From contig NW_021825026.1 of assembly GCF_006345805.1 (NCBI RefSeq), positions 1-16,865 of the forward strand: DNA of 16,865 nt, in the 5' to 3' direction. This DNA is from Octopus sinensis (lineage: Eukaryota). Below, in pieces: positions 10,781-16,865 of this stretch (the first letter of the stretch is position 1; every line of letters starts with the position of its first letter). The position numbers and the translations under genes were made by a program. The notes under the pieces are model-generated. The model saw only the letters and a program-made list of their open reading frames with translations, had not been told where the DNA came from and made no database searches.

Positions 10781-10822
10781 TCCCAAATTTGTAATAATAT
10801 ATATATATATATATATATATAT

Positions 10823-11591
10823 CAGTGGCGACTCCAGCACTCGGGCTGTTTGGGCTTAGCCCAAATATAAATTTAGTAAAATGAACGTGTATTTGTAAGG
10901 TGATTTAATTTCTGCCTACCCTGACTTCAAGTATGTAATTGTAGCCAATAACTTGGTCTCCTTTTATTGAGCCTGGTCGCAGTTAATTTATTTTCGTTCA
11001 GCATCTGGTTGTCGTCTTAAAGATGCTCTGTGTCAAAAAATATCATTCGTAGCAGACATTCTTTCAACATCGTTCACATGTGCCTGACTTGGGCTCAGAA
11101 GTTACAGCCCGAGTTGTTATCTGTAATCGTAAAAATTTAAAGTAATACAAATACAATATTTTTTTGAAACAATAAATTTCTATAGAGATTAAGATTTAAA
11201 TTCCAATCTATGGAAAGTTTCTGTTCTACAAAATTCTTGAAAAATTATCCAGCAAATCGGGCTCATATGAATGAGCCTGGTAGGTGTAAAAGACGAACTG
11301 GCATCTCTTATCAAAAGTACAGGTGACAGATGTTTGTTGTGCACTCTGCTGTCATTATTTGATTGCTGTTATTCTGTGCACCTGTGTGTAAAGATCAGTT
11401 GTGTTCTGCAGGGTTGCTTTATTTTTACCCGTAACTTAAAATAGAGGAAGACATAGTGCTAGATATAAAAAAAATAAGCCATTTGGGTCTAGAGATATTG
11501 TAGAAAAACATGAATTTCTTTGAGCAGGCATGTGTCTTATGTGAAATCTGTGATGAGCCCAAGTGAAGCTGATGACCTGGAGTCACCTCTG
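10823..11591. mobile_element. Non-autonomous DNA transposon (hAT-like MITE, ~770 bp)
   Basis: 15-bp TIRs cagtggcgactccag / ctggagtcacctctg (13/15 match), CAG termini, flanks atatatat / atatatac, no long ORF; partial second copy at 96-298. Confidence 0.75.
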
Positions 11592-11883
11592 ATATATACA
11601 TGTGTGTGTGTGTGTGTGTGTGTATGCATGCATGCATGTATGTATGTATGTATGTATGTATGTATGAATGAATGAATGATTCTGCTTAGCCATAGTAGCA
11701 CCAATAACTGGTTGTAAGAACTCAGTAGACATCACAGCATTTGTTGGGATTGACAGAGGAGGTATGATGTGTAAGATGGCTCTCTGCTTCCGACTTTTAT
11801 ATGAACTGGTAGTCCTGTCCAGAGCATAACATTAATTAATAAATAAATGACAAAAGAACAGGAGTTTACAGAATCACTTTCAT

Positions 11884-11966
11884 AAGCTTACAGCTGTTTT
11901 CGCAATAAGGAACCATACACCTTGAGTTGAGTACCAGTGTCACATTTTATAGCTTCCTCAGAGCCC
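11884..11966 (-). ncRNA. Type I hammerhead-ribozyme-like motif (probable Penelope-like element relic)
   Basis: Minus strand: gct-CTGAGGA-a-gctataa...ttattgc-GAAA-acagctgt-a-agc. Helix I gct/agc, helix II gc.ataa/ttat.gc, palindromic helix III; one surplus A after GAAA. Confidence 0.5.
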
Positions 11967-12103
11967 CTTCAATTAACACGTTTGATGGATATATAAGACT
12001 CAAAAGTCGCAAGTCCCCAAAATGGTAACTGGTCCTATATGTAAAGTCAGACCTATGTTTGATGCTTTAATTCACTAAAGCCATTTTTAAAATTCAGGAA
12101 TAT

Positions 12104-12612
12104 CACCATCATCATCATCATCGTCATTATCGTTTAACGTCCACTCTCCATGCTGGCATTGGTTGGATGGTTTGACATGGGGTTGGCTAGCAGAGAGCTG
12201 TCTACATTCCAACTGTCTGTTGTGGCGTGGTTTCTACAAGACATTCCAACTGTCTGTTGTCGCATGGTTTCTACAGCTGGATGCCTTTCCTAATGCCAAC
12301 CACTTTACAGAGTGTGCTAGCTGCTTTCTACATGTCACTGCCACCAGTGTGTTTATGCAGCATCGGCATGAGGGCGTTTCAAGTGGCACCAGCACCTGAA
12401 TGGACAAGCTTGTATGTGTGAAAGACAGCGATTTTACTTAGCTTAATGTATTTTATCAAATACAACAAATTGCTACATCCCCTGGTCCCTTGTCCTTTCG
12501 TTCTGAAGATCCTGTCTCACCAATTCGTCCCACGTCTTCCACAGGTACCCTCCCCAATTAGAGCTCGGCACTTCTTTATGCTGCTGTCGTCATCCATACG
12601 GATATGTGCCAT
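12104..12612 (-). mobile_element. RTE-type LINE 3' end with decayed ORF2 C-terminus and 3' UTR
   Basis: Minus strand reads HIRMDDDSSIKKC...WKTWDELVRQDL (cf. GHV.RM....VKKC...GRPRKTW.EVV..DL); (CAT)n tail at 12104-12130. Confidence 0.75.
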
Positions 12613-12657
12613 TGAAATTGAAGTGCATCTGCTATGCCCATGTGTCTTTTATGTCAT

Positions 12658-12845
12658 CAAATATGGTACCCTTTTATATCATCAAATGTGGTACCCTAAT
12701 ATTGGAAATCAAATATGGTACCCTAATATTGGAAATCAAATATGGTACCCTAATATTGGAAATCAAATATGGTACCCTAATATTGGAAATCAAATATGGT
12801 ACCCTAATATTGGAAATCAAATATGGTAACCCTAATATTGGAAAT
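12658..12845. repeat. 27-bp minisatellite caaatatggtaccctaatattggaaat, 6 copies plus a variant first copy
   Basis: Units start at 12683, 12710, 12737, 12764, 12791, 12818; variant at 12658. Confidence 0.95.
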
Positions 12846-13048
12846 AGTAATAGTGGTGATGGTTGGCTGGTGGTGGTTCTTTGAATTAATCATTTCAGTA
12901 GCAGAATGTTTTAAGAGAGTTCTTATGTGCTTTTTCTCTGCTAAGAAATCCCTTTTTCTAAGCCCAACCCTGAAACGGAATAAACTCTTTGCTTTCTTTC
13001 TTTCTTTCTTTCTTTTTTTTTTTAATTCAATCTCCTATCCATTATTAG

Positions 13049-13182
13049 GAGCCTGCTTAGGTGAAGCTGGGGAAGCCTTCAAAGATCTTGCAGACATCAA
13101 ATATGCCCTCGAGGACAATGTTAAACAGAATTTCTTGGATCCCTTGAATCAGCTTGCCAATAAAGATTTGAAAGAAGTCAAT
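13049..13182 (+). CDS. endoA: Endophilin-A internal coding exon (134 bp, phase 1 to 0), BAR helix 2: (G)ACLGEAGEAFKDLADIKYALEDNVKQNFLDPLNQLANKDLKEVN
   Basis: Pyrimidine tract 12985-13040, ttAG acceptor (13047-13048), GTGAGT donor (13183). VKQNF.DPL..L..KDL.E motif of endophilin A; phase compatible with the previous exon (G+GA=Gly). Confidence 0.96.
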
Positions 13183-14860
13183 GTGAGTAAATTAACCAAG
13201 TTGGGTTGTTTGTTTTTTGTTTTCTTTTTTTTTGCTTTTTTCTGTTTTATATTCTTTGTTTTGTTCTTTTACTTTACAGATTTTATGGCCCTTGTGTCTG
13301 TGTTTTCTTTTTTTTTTTTTTGGTTAACCACCAATTTTCTTTCTGTGTTTTTTTGTTTGTTTTATTAATGTCAAAATATATAAAAAAAAAAAAAGACATT
13401 GTGACTGAAAGTGGTCAGCTGTTTCCACCGACCAATTCTGTGTAAGCACCGCAGCAAAAATTAATTTTCTAAGATTTCATGCATGAGCCTGATTTGTTCT
13501 TCACCCATTTTCTTGCCATCATTTTTCTATTTTCTAAAATCACTTTCCCCCTTTTTTTTTTTTCGTTTCCATAAGCTCTGGCATCTTTAAAATTTTCAGT
13601 TTTGTACAGTCTCTGGTTTTTATTCTTACCATTTTTATTATTTCCAAAAGGTATTTCTTCTAAATTAATTTTCATTTTGATTCCACAGATTTTTTAAAGG
13701 AAAACAAATTTTCACCTAAAACAACTTCAACATTTTATTACACAAACATTTCTGTGACTGTTTTTCCTGTTATTCTTTGAAAATAACTTCAAATTTCAGT
13801 TCTTCTTATTTCTTAAACTTTTCTGGATCTTCAAACTTTCTTTTGCTATATGCCTGAAAACAACTTTAGTTTTTATTGTCAGAGAAAATCTGTAAGAAGA
13901 TAATTCTTATAAACTTTTCTTTAATTTTTCTAAATATTACTAAATTTTGTTGCCTTCTGGACCCTTTTTTGGGGTGAAAAGATTGTTTCTGATAGGACCT
14001 AATGGAAGGCGTGCTTGAGGACTCTGCCCCCATGGCCCAACCATGAATAAGTGGGCAAAGAAGATGAGATGAGATTACCATATTCTCATCTACTATGCCT
14101 TTTCTTCTCAATCTTCTATGCCAACAAACTGACACCCCCTCACATTCACTACCTACCTATCTATTGGGTCTGAACTGGTATTATCTTGCATCTTTAATTA
14201 ATGATTCTGTCATCACTATTGTGGCAAGTACAGTTAAGTCCCTGCCTTGCTGATGAGGTTGTGATAAGAACGAACCATATCCAGAACTGTCTTCTTTACA
14301 TGTCAGAATAAATTGATTGAGAAAATGATAATATCATTGATTTTGACACTAATTATTTCTAATTAGGTCTTTTTTTTAATGTGCACTGTGTAAAATACTT
14401 TAACTTAGCTATTGTTTATCCGTAAGGATGGTGTCTCTGAGTTATTATTTTTTTCTCGAAATAATTTTACTGTTTAATGACAAACGTGTGTACAGTAGCA
14501 TATATTTACCTAGTAATTTTCTCACCACTGCTTCAACAGGCTCAGTGAAATATATGTCTTGCTGATGAGACAAGAATAAGAATGAAACACAGCTGGTGTT
14601 GTTACCCTTACTTGACACAAAACATATTCAGAAATAATATAAGTCATAGACTAATATTATACTTCTTGACCTTATCACATAATTATTATTAATTAGCTAA
14701 TTTGCCTTTTAGTACTCATTACATTAGATTATCATATCTGAGGTTCCCTTATGTCACATGAGACCTTTGATCTGCACAAGTAAGTTCCTCTCCAAAGTAG
14801 TGATGGGCAAGAATTTATTGCAGAAGACTTGCATTTGCTTAAGCCAATGTCATTTGTGTT

Positions 14861-15114
14861 CTCTTTTGTTCTCTTTTATCTTTTAACTTGTTTCGGTCAT
14901 TTGACTGTGGCCATGCTGCAGCACCACCTTTAGTTGAGCAAATCGACCCCAGGATTTATTCTTTAGAAGCCTAGTACTTATTCTATCGGTCTCATTTGCT
15001 GAATTGCTAAGTTACGGGGTACGTAAACATACCACCATCGGTTGTCAAGCAATGTTGGGTGGGGGGACAAACAGACACACAGACATATATATACATACAC
15101 ACATACATACATCA

Positions 15115-15178
<64 letters not shown>

Positions 15179-15340
15179 TGGTGAGATTCTTTCAGTTTCC
15201 GTCTACCAAATCCACTCACAAGGCTTTGGTCAGTCCAAAGCTATAGTTGAAGACACTTGCCAAGGTGCCACGCAGTGGGAATGAACCCGGAACCATGTGG
15301 TTGGTAAGCAAGCTACTTACCACACAGCCACTCCTATGCC
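14861..15340 (-). mobile_element. Full-length tRNA-derived SINE, same family as 1565-1985, opposite orientation
   Basis: Reverse complement starts ggcataggagtggctgtgtggtaagtagcttgct and shares gccttgtgagtggatttggtagacggaaactgaaagaa and the tail. Confidence 0.9.
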
Positions 15341-15377
15341 TGTGTTGTTGAAGGAAACAACAGGCTTACACAGTCCT

Positions 15378-15556
15378 GGTGCCAGAGTCAAAACAAGTAT
15401 TACACAGCTTGGCACCAGTGTCTTTGCAAATGTTGCATAACTTGGCACCAATGTCCTGGCAAATGTTGCATAGCTTGGCACCAATGTCCTGGCAAATGTT
15501 CCATAGCTTAGCTCCAGTAATCATCTTGCCTGTTGCACAGATTGGCACCAATGTCA
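15378..15556. repeat. 33-bp minisatellite tggcaccaatgtcctggcaaatgttgcatagct, ~5.5 copies
   Basis: Visible directly; 11-aa periodicity in ORFs on both strands. Confidence 0.9.
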
Positions 15557-15645
15557 TCACAGCATTCTAGTCAGAAGGCAAAGAGTTCAGACAAATACTA
15601 CAAGACATTTCATCTGACACTGGCAAATTTGCCATTCTGTCGCTC

Positions 15646-15790
15646 TGGACTGGTATATTACTCATCGGCCCTCAAAGGGATAAATGGTGAAGTTGACCTA
15701 GGCTGGACTTGAACTCAGTTTTCCTGGAACCAGAGCAAACACAACGAGGCATTTCTAGTCTAATGTTCTGATGACAATGCTGTTTTGCTG
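15646..15790 (-). mobile_element. Decayed SINE of the 2295-2510 family
   Basis: ctggta.....tcatcggccctcaaagggataaatggtgaagttgacct...ttgaactcag is the reverse complement of that family's B-box and central domain. Confidence 0.6.
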
Positions 15791-16675
15791 GCTTTCTATT
15801 TAGATTGAATTAACAGTTTGTATTAATTAGCCCTTGTTGTTATCCCACCTCTCCCTTTCACTCCCCATTCCTACCGGACTGGCCTTTCTTGCACTGACTT
15901 TACTGGAGGCTGCCACAAAGTTCTTGTCAATACTGACATAACACCCACACACCCTTCTCCTCACTCACTCATGCACCTATTCAGATACACACACACACTT
16001 GACCTAAATACCAGTCTTTGACTCACCTCAGTGATCATCATGACATACACACATGGATTCATACACACATACCCACACACTCACTCACACACATAAAGAC
16101 ACATCCTAGCATCCCACCCCCACACACACACACACGCACACACAATTTCTTCCTCTCTCCACTCCTCGATATACACCCCCACTGTACCCCCTCCACTCCA
16201 TACTCGCTCCCCCAGATTGTTTGCGATGCATATTTGTTATTAATTACTACTTTATGTTTAAAATCATAATAATGTTCTGTGGTAATTACTACTTAAGATA
16301 ACAGCATCAGCAACAACAACAACCACTACAACAATAATTTGTTTCTTTATTTGAGCATTTATGCTTTTCTTGCCAATCCTTCTTCCCCACCTCTCTACTA
16401 TCTGAGCTCCACTGATTTCTTATTTCGGTATTTAGATTGACAGTGCAGTGCTTGTTTGAGTGAATGTCTGTGCATGTGTGTGTATGTATATGTTTATGTA
16501 TATATATATATGTGTGTGTATATTTATATGTATGTGTGTATATATACATATACATATGTATATATATGTATACATACATATATATAGTTGAAATTTGCAG
16601 AAAAACAAAAGATGAAGACAGGTGTATAAACAACAAGCAGGTGTATTAGTTTGATGCTTGGGAAAGTGAGAAAGT

Positions 16676-16711
16676 CTTTTATATTTCGAGCCTATGCTCT
16701 TCAACAGAAAG
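16676..16711 (-). ncRNA. Minimal hammerhead-like motif (degenerate), related copy at 8916-8951
   Basis: Minus strand: cttt-CTGTTGA-a-gagc(atag)gctc-GAAA-tat-a-aaag. Helix I cttt/aaag and helix II intact; core A6 changed to T. Confidence 0.45.
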
Positions 16712-16865
16712 GAACACAAGGAAATAATCAGAGAGAGAATAAAAAAAAACTTGTGGATTTAGCAGTCAATCATGGCCTATATATGTGTAGATATATGTGT
16801 ATATTTGTAGATATGCTGTGTATATTTATATATGTGGGTATACTTATATATTATATATATGTGTA

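Larger units (their letters stand above)
7593..13048 (+). other. Endophilin-A intron (phase 1, GT-AG)
   Basis: GTAAGT...attattAG between two in-frame exons. Confidence 0.9.

Noticed and set aside
12658-12845. CRISPR-like array or repeat-protein ORFs (QIWYPNIGN / IKYGTLILE)
   Set aside because: Units are directly adjacent with no unique spacers, the context is a eukaryotic intron, and the ORFs follow from a 27-bp unit length.
12823-13368. 181-aa ORF as a complete gene
   Set aside because: Only 13049-13182 is endophilin-like and bounded by splice sites; the rest is translated T-rich intron.
13985-14080. Possible LINE 3' end (DRT*WKACL, gatga tail)
   Set aside because: Similarity too short to support a call.
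13183-16865. Next endophilin exon (HH.KKLEGRRLD.D) and, in 1-4309, the preceding exon (EK.GGAEGTKLD)
   Set aside because: No matching spliceable sequence found by reading; presumed outside the window.

Overview
Eukaryotic, AT-rich, microsatellite- and transposon-dense genomic DNA. The SINE and microsatellite content looks like an octopus (coleoid cephalopod); this is inference from repeat families. The window lies inside a + strand endophilin-A (SH3GL/EndoA, N-BAR) gene and holds three GT-AG coding exons (4310-4382, 7452-7592, 13049-13182) that splice in frame to a 116-codon BAR-domain segment; the other exons lie outside the window. The introns contain at least four tRNA-derived SINE families, RTE-type LINE 3' remnants, a Tc1/mariner 3' remnant, two MITE-like elements, minisatellites and many SSRs. 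Most unusual signals: two very clean long fold-back inverted repeats (7847-8090, 10492-10780); several degenerate minimal hammerhead-ribozyme-like motifs of the Penelope-element type (8916-8951, 11884-11966, 16676-16711, 14250/14562); an inverted SINE pair bracketing a frame-closed 348-nt three-exon block (circRNA/dsRNA potential); and a 33-bp repeat whose antisense reading is a CxxC peptide repeat with mostly synonymous differences. Almost all ORF-track entries are microsatellite artefacts.
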